Assembly (NCBI RefSeq): GCF_002498065.1
Contig: NZ_DAFZ01000109.1
Coordinates: 2,542 to 66,541 of the forward strand
Origin: Methanoculleus sp. UBA208
Lineage (GTDB): Archaea; Halobacteriota; Methanomicrobia; Methanomicrobiales; Methanoculleaceae
DNA: 64,000 nt
Direction: 5' to 3'
Position 1 is the first letter of the stretch; each line of letters starts with the position of its first letter. Made by a program: the position numbers and the translations under genes. The notes beneath the pieces are model-generated. The model made no database searches, had not been told where the DNA came from, and saw only the letters and a program-made list of their open reading frames with translations. Shown here piece after piece: positions 25,932-36,255 of this stretch.

Positions 25932-26326
25932 CCCTGCTGCGAGAGGGCGCCGTGAGGGCACGCCTGGATGCATTTGCCGCAGAGGACGCACCGCTCGGAT
26001 TTCACCCGGAGACGCCACTCTTCGTCGAAGGAGAAGACCTCCTGGGGGCAGATGCTGATGCAGGCCCCGCAGTCGACGCACTCCTCCTCGTCGCGGACGA
26101 CGGCGTTCTCCATCACGCGGACCGTGACCCCCATCTCCTCGAGGCGCTGCCGGACCAGGTCGGCGTCCTTATCCGGGATGTCGATCAGCATCTCGCCAGC
26201 CATCGAATCGATGTTGGCCTTCTCGACGTTGACGAGGACGCCGGTCTCCGTCACCACCCGGGCGATCACCGGTTCTCTCCCCGGGTCGTGCTGTCCCCTC
26301 CGGGAGAACGCCAGCAGGAGTTTCAT
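25928..26326 (-). CDS. NIL-domain 4Fe-4S ferredoxin (homocysteine-biosynthesis partner, MA1822-like)
   Basis: Track ORF, 132 aa. An N-terminal NIL-like domain is followed by two CxxCxxCxxxCP motifs (CVDCGACISICP, CVLCGKCIQACP). Confidence 0.8.
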   Translation of the reverse strand: MKLLLAFSRRGQHDPGREPVIARVVTETGVLVNVEKANIDSMAGEMLIDIPDKDADLVRQRLEEMGVTVRVMENAVVRDEEECVDCGACISICPQEVFSFDEEWRLRVKSERCVLCGKCIQACPHGALSQQG

Positions 26327-27831
26327 CGCCGCCGCCTCCCGCCGAAGAGCTTTCCGAGATCGATCGCCGAGAGGATGCCGACCACCCGGTTCGTCGCGTC
26401 AACCACGGGAAGCGCGCTGATGTTGTTTTGCTCCAGTTTCCGGGCGGCGATGTCCACCGGCTCGTCGGCTGTCGTCTTGATCACCTTCCGGGTCATGATG
26501 TCCTTCACCTGCCGCAGCCTCCCGTCCGTCACCACTGCCTTCGAGACGTCGTAGGTGGTGATGATCCCGACCAGCGTGCCGTTCCCATCGAGGACCGGGA
26601 GATGGTTCGTCTCGTCCCGCAGAAGCCGCTTTGCCGCCACCCGGATCTCCTCGTCTTCCGTGATGCTGATCACCTGCCGGTTCATGATGTCGCGGACGCG
26701 GGGGGTGACGGCCGTCTCCCGCATGGGCTTTGAGCGCTTTGCCGGGTCGATCCGCCGGGTGGGAAGTGCAAGTTCCATCTTCCCCGCCTCAATCCAGGCC
26801 TTCAGTTCCTGTGCCACCGCCCGTGCCTGCCGGTAGCTGGAGAGCGACGACGTCCGGACGGTCTCGCCGCCGATCTCGACGGACCCGCTCCTTAAGTCGG
26901 CGTAACTGACCGTTGCGAGCGACGGCCGGTCCCGCCGGGGCGTGCCGAAATCGATGATGTCGGTCAGGATATCCTCGTCCCGCACTGCGGTGCTCCGGAC
27001 GATCCCGGTATCGAGCACCGGTATCGGGATGCCGACGCCGACATACATCGTCACGCCGTAGCCGTTCATCACCGCGGCGCGCAGGAACTCCTGCCGCATC
27101 TGCTTCATGTCCCCGGCGACCATCAGGTTCCCGAATCCGCCGCCCGCCGAGTGCTGGGTGCCTTCTCCGACGATCATGCCCTCTCCCCCGGCAAGGAAGA
27201 TCGGGACGCCGCTCCCGATGACCCGGAAGCCGGGGTCGTTTGCGAGCGGCGAGAGGGTTCCTGCGCCGGAGTAGGAGACGTTGCCGCACCGCGGGAGGAG
27301 CGTCCCCATGTAGGTGTTGAGTGTCCGGTCGGTGGCGTTCGAGGCTGCGTTGTAGCGCTGGAAGGCGTTTCTCGGGTTGACCATGACCGCCTGGTTCATG
27401 TCATCGAGCAGCAGTTCCGTCGTGATGCTCCGGCGCGGGTAGCAGTCGGTCCCGCGGGAGGTTGCCCGCAGTTCGACGGTGCCCCCTGCCACGAGTTCTT
27501 CGAGGACGTGGGCGCCGCCGTAGAGGTGGTCTTTGGACTCGGCCTCCTCTGTTGCGCCCAGGTAGGCGTCGACCGCCGCGATTCCTGCATATGCTTCAAC
27601 GTCGTTGAGCCAGACGCGCTCCATCCGGATGGGGGGGTCGGCGTGCCCGAAGTTGAAGAAGGCACCGGTAGAGCACATTGCCCCGAACGTCCCGGTCGTG
27701 ACGACGTCGACCTCCGCCAGTGCCCCTTCCTCTCCCAGCTCGTCGACGATGCCCGGCATCTCTTCGGCGGTAACGATTCGTGCAGTACCGTCGCGTATCC
27801 GGGCATTGATGAGGTCGAGGGACTTTTCCAT
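26323..27831 (-). CDS. Homocysteine biosynthesis protein (COG1900/DUF39 domain plus two CBS domains, MA1821-like)
   Basis: Track ORF, 502 aa. The conserved N-terminal DUF39-type region is followed by tandem CBS repeats (IMNRQVISI...HLPVLDGNGTLVGIITTYD; IMTRKVIKT...ALPVVDATNRVVGILSAID). Confidence 0.85.
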   Translation of the reverse strand: MEKSLDLINARIRDGTARIVTAEEMPGIVDELGEEGALAEVDVVTTGTFGAMCSTGAFFNFGHADPPIRMERVWLNDVEAYAGIAAVDAYLGATEEAESKDHLYGGAHVLEELVAGGTVELRATSRGTDCYPRRSITTELLLDDMNQAVMVNPRNAFQRYNAASNATDRTLNTYMGTLLPRCGNVSYSGAGTLSPLANDPGFRVIGSGVPIFLAGGEGMIVGEGTQHSAGGGFGNLMVAGDMKQMRQEFLRAAVMNGYGVTMYVGVGIPIPVLDTGIVRSTAVRDEDILTDIIDFGTPRRDRPSLATVSYADLRSGSVEIGGETVRTSSLSSYRQARAVAQELKAWIEAGKMELALPTRRIDPAKRSKPMRETAVTPRVRDIMNRQVISITEDEEIRVAAKRLLRDETNHLPVLDGNGTLVGIITTYDVSKAVVTDGRLRQVKDIMTRKVIKTTADEPVDIAARKLEQNNISALPVVDATNRVVGILSAIDLGKLFGGRRRR

Positions 27832-28000
27832 GAACGTATATTCATTTTGGAATATTTATAGGTGTTGATTATTACTTTAGGTAATATTGTGCGGGGGTAC
27901 GCAGGCATTCGGGCAGGGTCGATCCGGTGTAGCCTTCAAAAGATGCGCATCAGGCGTTTCTTCCCATTCGGGCCGAAAAAAGAGGTGGGGTTTTCCGCGT

Positions 28001-29299
28001 TCAGTCCCGCCTGTGCAGGGCAACGACGAGGCCGAGGATGCCGAGCGCCCCCACCACGGCAAAGGGCGCTACGCCCGCGTGGGGTGCCTGGGTCGGCACG
28101 GGCGAGAGCGAGGCTGAGGCCGAGGCGGTGCTTCCGGCACCGACCTGGACGCTGGTCGACCAGTCGCTGTAACCGCCGAGCGCCACCCTGACCGCGTGGG
28201 TGCCGGTGGAAATGCCGTCGACGGTCAGCGGGGTGATGCCCTTATAGGCGTTGTCGATGTAGACCTCGGCCCCCGACGGGGAGGAGGTGACCGAGATCGA
28301 GCCCGTCGAGGTCGACTGGCCGGGCTGGAGCGTCGCGGTGACGTGGCTCGTTGTCGCCCCGCTGACGACGACCCCTGTCGTGTAGTCCTGGTAGCCGGAA
28401 AGGGCTACCCTGACGGTATGGGAGCCGACCACGACGTTCGAGATCGTGTACACTCCGGCCGAGGGGGTCTTGCCCTGGTACTTGTCGTCAAGGAAGACGT
28501 CTGCCCCTGCCGGGTAGGAGACCACGTCGATAGCGCCGGTGGTCTCGGAGGGAACGGCCGTCAGGTAAGCGTTGACGTAACTGGTCACACCGGGGCTCAC
28601 GGTCACGGTCGACTTCCAGCCGTAGTAGCCGGAAAGGTCGAGCTCGAGGTTGTGCTTCGCGGCCGAGACGCTCGTGAGCGTCAGGGGCGTCCGGCCCTTA
28701 TAGACGCCGTCCATGTAGACGTACGCGCCGGAAGGGGAGGAAGTGACCTTGATCGACCCGTACTGCTCGATCGGGGTCAGGGTGAACTTGATGTTCGACT
28801 GCTGCCCCGCCTTGACCGTGACGGTGGCATAATCGGACTGGTAGCCCGAGTGATCGGCCTCAAGGGAGTAGGTGCCCGGGGAGAGGTCCTTGATCGTGAG
28901 CGGCGCAACGCCCCGGTAGTTCCCGTTCAGGTAGATTGCCGAACCCGAGGGGCTCGACGTGACGTAGATCGAGCCGGAGGTCTCGACCGGCTGCAGCGTC
29001 GCGTAAACGTCTACGGTCTGGCCTGCCGCGGGGCTCGAGGGCAGGCTGCCGGAGTACGAGTGGTAGCCGCTCTTCTCGACGCGGTAGGAGCTGTAGGGCG
29101 TCCCGGTGGAGTAGACCGGGACATCGAGCGATCCCCCGTACGTAGTGCCCTGGTACTGTCCGTCGAAGTACACGTCGGCACCGTCGACGTTGCAGTGGAC
29201 GCGGTACCATCCTTCATCTCCCCCTATCTGTGCGGATACGGCAGGGATGCCGGCGCAGATGACGAGGAGCGTCATTCCGATGATGAGAGTTCTCAACAT
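28001..29299 (-). CDS. Secreted PEGA-repeat surface protein with a PGF-CTERM-like anchor (432 aa)
   Basis: Inner ATG 29299 (MLRTLIIGMTLLVICAGIPAVSAQ signal peptide). About six repeats of SSPSGAxVYxDGxYKGxTPLT. The C-terminus is PHAGVAPFAVVGALGILGLVVALHRRD. Confidence 0.8.
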   Translation of the reverse strand: MLRTLIIGMTLLVICAGIPAVSAQIGGDEGWYRVHCNVDGADVYFDGQYQGTTYGGSLDVPVYSTGTPYSSYRVEKSGYHSYSGSLPSSPAAGQTVDVYATLQPVETSGSIYVTSSPSGSAIYLNGNYRGVAPLTIKDLSPGTYSLEADHSGYQSDYATVTVKAGQQSNIKFTLTPIEQYGSIKVTSSPSGAYVYMDGVYKGRTPLTLTSVSAAKHNLELDLSGYYGWKSTVTVSPGVTSYVNAYLTAVPSETTGAIDVVSYPAGADVFLDDKYQGKTPSAGVYTISNVVVGSHTVRVALSGYQDYTTGVVVSGATTSHVTATLQPGQSTSTGSISVTSSPSGAEVYIDNAYKGITPLTVDGISTGTHAVRVALGGYSDWSTSVQVGAGSTASASASLSPVPTQAPHAGVAPFAVVGALGILGLVVALHRRD

Positions 29300-29515
29300 G
29301 ATCCATCTCCGATAGACGATAAGCGAATATCGGGTTTTTCGGGGATAACTATTTCCATTTGATCTACCCATTCTCCTCGGCCTTTCGACGATATCGGGCC
29401 TTTTGCCCCAGAAAGAGATCAAAACGTCCTGTAACACGAACGTTCGCCCGGCCCGAACGGCCGCCGGCGCCCTCGTTCATCCTTTTTATCCGGGGACGTC
29501 TAAACGGGGTACTGC

Positions 29516-30226
29516 ATGGATATCCTGAGGTTCATCGCCGCACTGGAGCAGGTCGCTCCGCCCGAACTGGCCGAAGAATACGATGCCGGGAGGATCGGCC
29601 TCGTCGTCGAGGGGAAGGACGAGATCGAGACCGTCTGCTGTGCGCTCGATGCCACGCAGAAGGTCGTGGATGCCGCAGTTCTCGCCGGCGCCGATATGCT
29701 GGTCGTCCACCATACGCCCCTCTGGAGCCCGGTCACGGCGGTCAGGGGCCCGACGTCGCACCTGCTCCGGGCACTCCTCTCCGCCGATATGAACCTCTAC
29801 GTCATGCACACGAACTTCGACCATGCCGAGGGCGGGGTCAACGACGTCCTGGCATCAAGGCTCGGTCTTTCGCGGACGGAGCGGATGGCCGCCGGCCTCG
29901 TCGGCGACTGCTCCCTCGATGCCCGGGAGATCGCCCGCCGCCTCCCCGGCGGGGGGATCCGGGTTTACGGGGAAACCGGGACGATCCGGCGGCTCGCCGT
30001 CGTGGGGGGGAGCGGGTTCGATCCCGACCTGATCGGGGAGGCCGTCGACCTCGGGGCGGAAGCGTTCCTCTCGGCGGAACTCAAGCACAGCACGGCCCGT
30101 GCATCGCCCATACCCTGCCTCGAAGCCACCCACTACGCGCTCGAGGCCCCTGCCATGGAAGTTCTCGCGTCCCGCATGGGGTGGCATTATATCCCTGATC
30201 CGCCACACGTAGTGGTAGTTCCATGA
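29516..30226 (+). CDS. Nif3-family dinuclear-metal-centre protein
   Basis: Track ORF, 236 aa. Motifs ADMLVVHHTPLW and HTNFDHAEGGVNDVLA are typical of NIF3/YbgI. Confidence 0.85.
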   Translation: MDILRFIAALEQVAPPELAEEYDAGRIGLVVEGKDEIETVCCALDATQKVVDAAVLAGADMLVVHHTPLWSPVTAVRGPTSHLLRALLSADMNLYVMHTNFDHAEGGVNDVLASRLGLSRTERMAAGLVGDCSLDAREIARRLPGGGIRVYGETGTIRRLAVVGGSGFDPDLIGEAVDLGAEAFLSAELKHSTARASPIPCLEATHYALEAPAMEVLASRMGWHYIPDPPHVVVVP

Positions 30227-30540
30227 GGGGCATCTGGCAGAGGATCGAGCGGGACCGGGCGCTGACGCCGGAGTTCCGCACCTGCATCGAGCGTGTCTAC
30301 GGGGAGCGGGGAAGAAAAGCGCTCGAAGCCGTCGACGAAGGGCAGGTAAAACGTTACCGCGACTTCTTCATCGTTGTGGGCCGGAGCAACGAGTATATCG
30401 TCGAAGGCGACTTCTGCACCTGCAGCGACTTTCTCTTCCGGGGACGCGAATGCTGGCACATCCTTGCGGTACGCATCGCCGAGCGGACGGGATTATATGA
30501 ATCCTACGACCTCTGGTACCAGGACACCTGGAAACCTTGA
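30223..30540 (+). CDS. SWIM zinc-finger protein (105 aa)
   Basis: Track ORF. CxCxnCxH is readable as CTCSDFLFRGRECWHILA. 4-nt overlap with the Nif3 gene. Confidence 0.7.
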   Translation: MRGIWQRIERDRALTPEFRTCIERVYGERGRKALEAVDEGQVKRYRDFFIVVGRSNEYIVEGDFCTCSDFLFRGRECWHILAVRIAERTGLYESYDLWYQDTWKP

Positions 30541-30601
30541 ACAATCTGCACAAACAACTATATCGGTCACAATCATACCAATTTATGCTGCGTGATTTTC
30601 A

Positions 30602-33346
30602 ATGCTCGAGGAAGAATATACGCTCGATTATTTCAGGTCCGAAGGGTTTGAGCGGAAGGTCTGCAAGAGTTGCGGGGCGGCCTTCTGGACCCGGGACCCC
30701 GAACAAGAGTTCTGCGGCGACGCTCCGTGTGTAACGTATAACTTCATCGGCAACCCGGTCTTCAAACCCCATAGCGTTGATGAGATGCGGGAGGCGTTCC
30801 TCTCGTTCTTTGAGCGGCACGGTCATACACGCCTCGAACGATACCCCGTAGCCGCCCGGTGGAGAGACGATATTTATCTCACCATCGCGTCCATCGCCGA
30901 CTTCCAGCCGTTTGTCACGAGCGGGGTCGTCCCCCCGCCGGCGAACCCGCTGACCATCTCCCAGCCCTGCATCCGGTTAAACGACCTCGACTCCGTCGGA
31001 AGGTCGGGGCGCCACCTGACGCTCTTTGAGATGATGGCGCATCACGCCTTCAACACCCCCGAGGAGCAGATCTACTGGAAGGATGAGACGGTCGCCCTCT
31101 GCGACGAGTTCATCATGTCCATCGGGGGCGATCTCGACCGGGTCAGCTACAAGGAGCACCCGTGGTACGGCGGCGGGAACGCCGGCGCCTCCGTCGAGGT
31201 GCTCATCGGCGGCCTCGAGGTCGCGACGCTGGTCTTCATGAACCTCGGGCGGCAGAAGACCGATCAGCCGCCCGTCGACGTGAACGGGGTGCCCTACTAC
31301 CCGATGCGGCTCAAGATCGTGGATACCGGCTACGGCCTTGAACGGTTCGTCTGGGCTTCGAAGGGTTCGCCGACGATCTACGACGCGGTATTCCCGGAGA
31401 TGGTGAGCCGCCTGATGCATTCGGCCCATCTCGAGAACCTCCTCGACAACCCCGAGTTCACGAAGATCATGGGGCTCAGCGCCCGGTTCGCCGGGGTCAT
31501 GGACATCTCCGGGACGAACCTTTACAACCTCCGCAAAAAGGTCGCCGAGGCGATCGACGTACCCGTCGAACGGCTGGAGCGGATCGTCGTCCCGATCGAG
31601 AAGGTCTACTCGATCGCCGATCACACCCGCTGCCTCGCCTACATGCTCGGCGACTGCATCGTCCCCTCGAATGTCCGGGAGGGGTATCTCGCCCGGCTCG
31701 TGCTTCGCCGGACGCTCCGGATGATGAACGACCTCTCGATGGATGACGACCTCGCCGACCTGATCGAGGCGCAGATGCAGATCGTGGGAGTCGAGAACTT
31801 CGAGCAGGACGCCGATGTGGTCAGGGAGATCGTGGAGAACGAGGAGGCGAGGTACGCAAGCACTCTCGAGCGCGGGACCCGGATCGTCCAGAAGATCGCC
31901 CGGAACTACAAGGCAAAGAGTTCCCGGGTTCCCCTCACGGAAGTCATCACCCTCTACGATTCGCACGGCATCCCGCCCGAGATGATAAGGGATGTCGCTG
32001 CCGCCGAGGGTGCCGTCGTGGAGATCCCCGACAACTTCTACTCGCTGATCGCCGAGTCTCACTCGGAGGCGCAGAAGGAGGTGAAGGGCGAGGACCCGCT
32101 TGCCCGCTACCGCGAGCGGGCGAAAGCGCTCCCCCCGACAAAGAAGCTCTATTACGAACTCCCGAACGAGATCGAGTTCGAAGCGATGGTGCTGGACTAC
32201 TTCGACGGGATGGCGGTGCTGGACCAGACGCTCTTCTATCCCGAGGGCGGCGGCCAGCCGTCCGATACCGGCACCCTGGTAACGTCCGAGAGCATGGTGC
32301 GGGTGGAGGAAGCCGTGAAACTCGGAGAGGTCATCCTCCACCGGGTCACGGGCGGTCCCCTGAAGCGGGGCGACCGGGTGAAGGGCATGGTCGACGAGGA
32401 GCGCCGGTGGTCGCTGATGCGCCACCACACGGCGACCCACGTTCTCCTCCACGCCGCTCAGCAGGTGCTCGGCGTCCACGTGCACCAGGCGGGCGCCCAG
32501 AAGGGGAGCGACGCTTCCCGCCTGGACATCCGGCATTACACGCATATCACGCCTGAAGAGCTCAGGAGAATCGAGATTGAGGCGAACCGCCTGGTCATGG
32601 CCGACACGCCGGTCTATGTCCATGTCGAGGAGCGGACGAAGGCCGAACAGAAGTACGGGTTCGGCCTCTACCAGGGCGGCGTCCCGCCGGGCCGGGAGAT
32701 CAGGACGGTGCAGGTCGGCGCCGACGTGCAGGCGTGTGCGGGAACGCACGTCCGGACGACCGGCGAGATCGGGCCGATCCGGATCCTCGGCGTCGAGCAT
32801 ATCCAGGACGGCGTGGAGCGGCTGGTCTTTGCGGCCGGTATCGCCGCCGTGCATGCCGTGCAGCGCATGGAGGAACTCCTCCAGGCGTCCGCCGACGTGG
32901 TGAGCGTCCAGCCCGAGAACCTGCCGGCAACGGTAGCGCGGTTCTTTGGTGAGTGGAAGGAGCAGAAGAAAGAGATCGAACGTCTCCGGAAGAAGGTGGT
33001 GGACCTCGAGATGCGCAGTCTCGACGGCGAGATGGTGGACGGGGTCAGGGTCGTCGTCAGGCAGGTGGATGCGGCCCAGAAGGAGCTCGTCGCGCTCGCC
33101 ACCACCGTCGCCGACGAGGGCGGCGTGGCGCTCTTTGCGTCGGGAGACGGTAACGTGAAGGTTGTGGCAGCGTCGGGCGCACCGGCGGTGAACGCCGTCG
33201 ATATCGTGCGGGAGGCCTGCGGCATCCTCGGCGGGAAGGGCGGCGGCAAGCCGAACCTTGCGCAGGGCGCAGGCCCGGACATCTCCCGGCTCGAAGAGGC
33301 GCTCGAGCACGGGCGCAACAGAATTATCGAAGCACTCCATGGCTGA
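30602..33346 (+). CDS. alaS: Alanine--tRNA ligase (archaeal type)
   Basis: Track ORF, 914 aa. The N-terminal zinc knuckle CKSCGAAFW, the class II core, the editing-domain motif HHTATHVL...CAGTHV, and a C-terminal DHHA1-like domain are present. Confidence 0.95.
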   Translation: MLEEEYTLDYFRSEGFERKVCKSCGAAFWTRDPEQEFCGDAPCVTYNFIGNPVFKPHSVDEMREAFLSFFERHGHTRLERYPVAARWRDDIYLTIASIADFQPFVTSGVVPPPANPLTISQPCIRLNDLDSVGRSGRHLTLFEMMAHHAFNTPEEQIYWKDETVALCDEFIMSIGGDLDRVSYKEHPWYGGGNAGASVEVLIGGLEVATLVFMNLGRQKTDQPPVDVNGVPYYPMRLKIVDTGYGLERFVWASKGSPTIYDAVFPEMVSRLMHSAHLENLLDNPEFTKIMGLSARFAGVMDISGTNLYNLRKKVAEAIDVPVERLERIVVPIEKVYSIADHTRCLAYMLGDCIVPSNVREGYLARLVLRRTLRMMNDLSMDDDLADLIEAQMQIVGVENFEQDADVVREIVENEEARYASTLERGTRIVQKIARNYKAKSSRVPLTEVITLYDSHGIPPEMIRDVAAAEGAVVEIPDNFYSLIAESHSEAQKEVKGEDPLARYRERAKALPPTKKLYYELPNEIEFEAMVLDYFDGMAVLDQTLFYPEGGGQPSDTGTLVTSESMVRVEEAVKLGEVILHRVTGGPLKRGDRVKGMVDEERRWSLMRHHTATHVLLHAAQQVLGVHVHQAGAQKGSDASRLDIRHYTHITPEELRRIEIEANRLVMADTPVYVHVEERTKAEQKYGFGLYQGGVPPGREIRTVQVGADVQACAGTHVRTTGEIGPIRILGVEHIQDGVERLVFAAGIAAVHAVQRMEELLQASADVVSVQPENLPATVARFFGEWKEQKKEIERLRKKVVDLEMRSLDGEMVDGVRVVVRQVDAAQKELVALATTVADEGGVALFASGDGNVKVVAASGAPAVNAVDIVREACGILGGKGGGKPNLAQGAGPDISRLEEALEHGRNRIIEALHG

Positions 33347-33998
33347 CGATGTGGTAGTTATCCAGCCGGGCGATGAGCGGGCACAGAAGATCGCCCGGGC
33401 AATGGCGAGCCAGACGGCGAACGCGATCATCCAGGCCTTCGGCGGCGGGCCGCTGACGTCGTCGGAGGTTGCCCGGCAGATGAAGATCCCGATCACCACC
33501 GCTTCCTACCACATCGAAAACCTCCTCGACGCCGGGCTTCTTGAGGTAATGGAGACCCGCTGGAGCGAGAAAGGGCGCGAGGTGAAGGTCTACGGCCTCG
33601 CGAACCAGGTCCTCATCATCGCGTCGCCGGCAAGCGATCTCCGGTCGGTGTTGCAGAAGTACGCGACGCTCTTTGGAGTCGTCGTCCTCGCGAGCCTCGG
33701 GCTCTGGGCAATCCTCCCGGCGGTGCTGCCGCTCGGCGGCTTTTCGCCCGCCCCAAGGTTGGTTTCCGAAAACGGGGAGAAATACACCGGCGGCACCGGT
33801 GAGGACGTCTCGACGCTCCAGAGCCCCGCCTTCGATGGCGCCGGGGTGCCGCCGGTCCACGACCTGGTGATGGGTTTCTTCTTCGGCGCCTGTGCGGTGC
33901 TGCTGGCGCTGCTGGTCTACGAGGTCTACTACTGGTGGCGCACCTCCCCGCGCTGCAGGGTGGAAAATGAGCCCGAGCAGGTAAAAAAAGTCAGGTGA
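33339..33998 (+). CDS. ArsR-type winged-helix protein fused to transmembrane segments
   Basis: Inner ATG 33339 (MADDVVVIQPGDERAQKIARAMAS...LTSSEVARQMKIPITTASYHIENLLDAGLL) followed by two hydrophobic helices. 8-nt overlap with the alaS stop. Confidence 0.7.
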   Translation: MADDVVVIQPGDERAQKIARAMASQTANAIIQAFGGGPLTSSEVARQMKIPITTASYHIENLLDAGLLEVMETRWSEKGREVKVYGLANQVLIIASPASDLRSVLQKYATLFGVVVLASLGLWAILPAVLPLGGFSPAPRLVSENGEKYTGGTGEDVSTLQSPAFDGAGVPPVHDLVMGFFFGACAVLLALLVYEVYYWWRTSPRCRVENEPEQVKKVR

Positions 33999-34014
33999 GA
34001 GGTTTTCGGGTTTT

Positions 34015-34143
34015 TATCGCCGCCCCCCTGCAACTCCGGCTTGTGGCTGTTTTCCGGTTCCTGCTTCAACTTTTGCCCCGCATTTTGGGCATCGCGTCTT
34101 CTTCGGGTTGATCTCTGCACCGCAACTGTAGCATTTCGGCATG
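34015..34143 (-). CDS. Unlisted small zinc-ribbon protein (42 aa)
   Basis: Hand translation gives MPKCYSCGAEINPKKTRCPKCGAKVEAGTGKQPQAGVAGGRR*, i.e. CxxC-x10-CxxC. It is below the ORF-track length cutoff and converges on the preceding gene. Confidence 0.35.
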
Positions 34144-34470
34144 GTGTCTCACCACACTGCGCCTGATGCTGTTCTTATGTCATAAGGGTATCCTATGGAG
34201 AATCCTGTCACGGCCCCTGCTGCAGGCCGACGTGCGCCGTATTGCCTACCGGCCCGTATGATGGCCCGGTCTCCGTGTTCTCCGGAGGGGGCTGGCAGGG
34301 ATCGGGACGCGGGCATCGCGATCGTCCGTACCATCTGTGCACCCTTTCAACCCGTTTTTCCGGCTCTTTTTGTCCAATATCCTCTGATGTTGATTCTCCG
34401 GGATTTTTTTGTGCCCGACATATATTTGAATATGGATAAAAATATAACACCTGCTCGTCAACCATGATCC

Positions 34471-35070
34471 ATGCTCGCCATCGTCCCGGAGATTGACCCG
34501 GAGGTCTTCTCGCTGGTCGTAATCCCGGTGTTCATCTTTCTCGCGCGTATCTGCGACGTTACCATCGGGACGATGCGGATCATCTTCGTCTCCCGGGGGA
34601 TGAAGGTGATCGCCCCGGTCCTTGGATTCTTCGAGATCTTCATCTGGATCGTTGCCGTCGGCCAGATCTTTCAGAACCTCACGAACCCCTTCAACTACTT
34701 CGCCTACGCGGCCGGGTTCGCCGCCGGGAACTACATCGGGATGCTTGTCGAGGAACGGCTGGCGATGGGGCTTGCGCTCATCCGAATCATCACCCAGCGG
34801 GATGCAACGAACCTCATCGACTACCTCCGCGCCGCCGGCTACGGGGTGACGGTCTTCGACGCCCAGGGGAAACAGGGTCCCGGCAAGGTTCTCTTCTCGG
34901 TGGTCAAGAGAAAGAACATCCGCGACGTGGAGGACGCCATCCACGAGTTCAACCCCAAGGCGTTCTACTCGATCGAGGACGTGCGGCGGGCGGCGGAGGG
35001 GACGTTCCCGGTCACCGTGCCGGGCCCGACCCCGTTCTCCTTTGGGAGAGTCATCCGGAAGGGGAAGTGA
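34471..35070 (+). CDS. UPF0316 membrane protein (DUF5698/DUF2179)
   Basis: Track ORF, 199 aa. Three N-terminal TM helices ([19 protein letters not shown]) are followed by a C-terminal DUF2179-like domain ([14 protein letters not shown]...). Confidence 0.8.
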   Translation: MLAIVPEIDPEVFSLVVIPVFIFLARICDVTIGTMRIIFVSRGMKVIAPVLGFFEIFIWIVAVGQIFQNLTNPFNYFAYAAGFAAGNYIGMLVEERLAMGLALIRIITQRDATNLIDYLRAAGYGVTVFDAQGKQGPGKVLFSVVKRKNIRDVEDAIHEFNPKAFYSIEDVRRAAEGTFPVTVPGPTPFSFGRVIRKGK

Positions 35071-36205
35071 CCCCTCCGTAGGTTATCCGGTAGACGGCGT
35101 TCGCCCGGTCGTCCGAGACCAGGAGCGAACCGTCGTTTGCCACCTCGACGTCAACCGGCCGTCCCCATGCATCGCCCTCCTGGAGCCAGCCCTCCGCAAA
35201 GACGTCGTAGGAGACGGGCGTGCTGTTCTCGAGTTCGACCATCGTCACCCGGTAGCCGATCGGCTCCGCCCGGTTCCAGGAACCGTGCTCGGCGATGAAG
35301 ATCCTGTTCTCGTATTCCCTCGTGAACTGCTCGCCGGTGTAGAACCGCATGCCAAGCGCAGCCACGTGCGGCCCGAGTTCCTGCTCCGGCGGCGTGAACT
35401 CGCTGCATGACCGCTCCGCCCCGAACTCCGGGTCGGGGATCGACCGCCCGTGGCAGTAGGGGAACCCGAAGTGCATCCCGCTCTCCGGCGCCCGGTTCAG
35501 CTCGTCTGGCGGGACGTTCTCGCCGAGCCAGTCCCGGCCGTTGTCGGTGAACCATAATACACCGGTATCCGGGTGCCAGTCGAACCCCACGGTGTTCCTG
35601 ATGCCCCGTGCATAGACCTCGAGATCGGTCCCGTCCGGGTTCATCCGGAGGATGGTGCCGAACCGCTCGTCGTCGGGGTCGCAGACGTTGCAGGGCACGC
35701 CTACAGGGATGTAGAGTTTCCCGTCGGGCCCGAAGGCGATGAACTTCCACCCGTGCGACGCGTCGTCCGGGAAGGCGTAGCTCACCACCGCCGCCTCGGG
35801 CGGGTCGGCAAGGTTCGCCTCGATATCGTCGTAGCGCAGGATGCGGCCGATCTCGGCAACGTAGAGGGAGCCGTTCCGGAGCGCAACCCCGTTCGGGGAG
35901 TCGAGACCGTTCGCGATGACGATCACTTCATCGCCCTTACCGTCGCCGTCGCGGTCGGGTATGGCGTAGACGTTCCCGGGGCCGCGGCTCCCGACGAAGA
36001 GCGTCCCGTTCGGGGACATGGTCATCGATCGCGCCCCGGTGACGTTCCCGGCATAGACGTCGATCGCAAAGCCCGGCGGGAGGGTGATCGTATCGAGCGG
36101 CAGGGTGCCGGCGGTGCCCCCCGGGGGCATCACGACGGCCACGGCGATGCCGAGGAGGGCGAGCACCGCAACCGCGGCAAGGATGATAACAGTCCGGCGT
36201 GTCAT
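35051..36205 (-). CDS. PQQ-dependent sugar (glucose/sorbosone) dehydrogenase-like beta-propeller with an N-terminal anchor
   Basis: Track ORF, 384 aa. An N-terminal TM helix is present. Motifs [23 protein letters not shown] and GFPYCHG are typical of the GSDH family. Confidence 0.8.
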   Translation of the reverse strand: MTRRTVIILAAVAVLALLGIAVAVVMPPGGTAGTLPLDTITLPPGFAIDVYAGNVTGARSMTMSPNGTLFVGSRGPGNVYAIPDRDGDGKGDEVIVIANGLDSPNGVALRNGSLYVAEIGRILRYDDIEANLADPPEAAVVSYAFPDDASHGWKFIAFGPDGKLYIPVGVPCNVCDPDDERFGTILRMNPDGTDLEVYARGIRNTVGFDWHPDTGVLWFTDNGRDWLGENVPPDELNRAPESGMHFGFPYCHGRSIPDPEFGAERSCSEFTPPEQELGPHVAALGMRFYTGEQFTREYENRIFIAEHGSWNRAEPIGYRVTMVELENSTPVSYDVFAEGWLQEGDAWGRPVDVEVANDGSLLVSDDRANAVYRITYGGVTSPSG

Positions 36206-36255
36206 GGAGGGTCATCTCCGGGACTCCGGATGGCGGGAGGGTATATAGGGGTTAC

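Noticed and set aside
29359-30198. 279-aa Arg/Gly/Pro-rich plus-strand ORF overlapping the Nif3 gene in another frame
   Set aside because: The Nif3 frame has the family motifs. This ORF is compositional noise.
30977-33499. 840-aa ORF antisense to alaS
   Set aside because: alaS is unambiguous on the plus strand. The antisense translation is low-complexity (Arg/Asp/Leu/Pro-rich) with no motifs.
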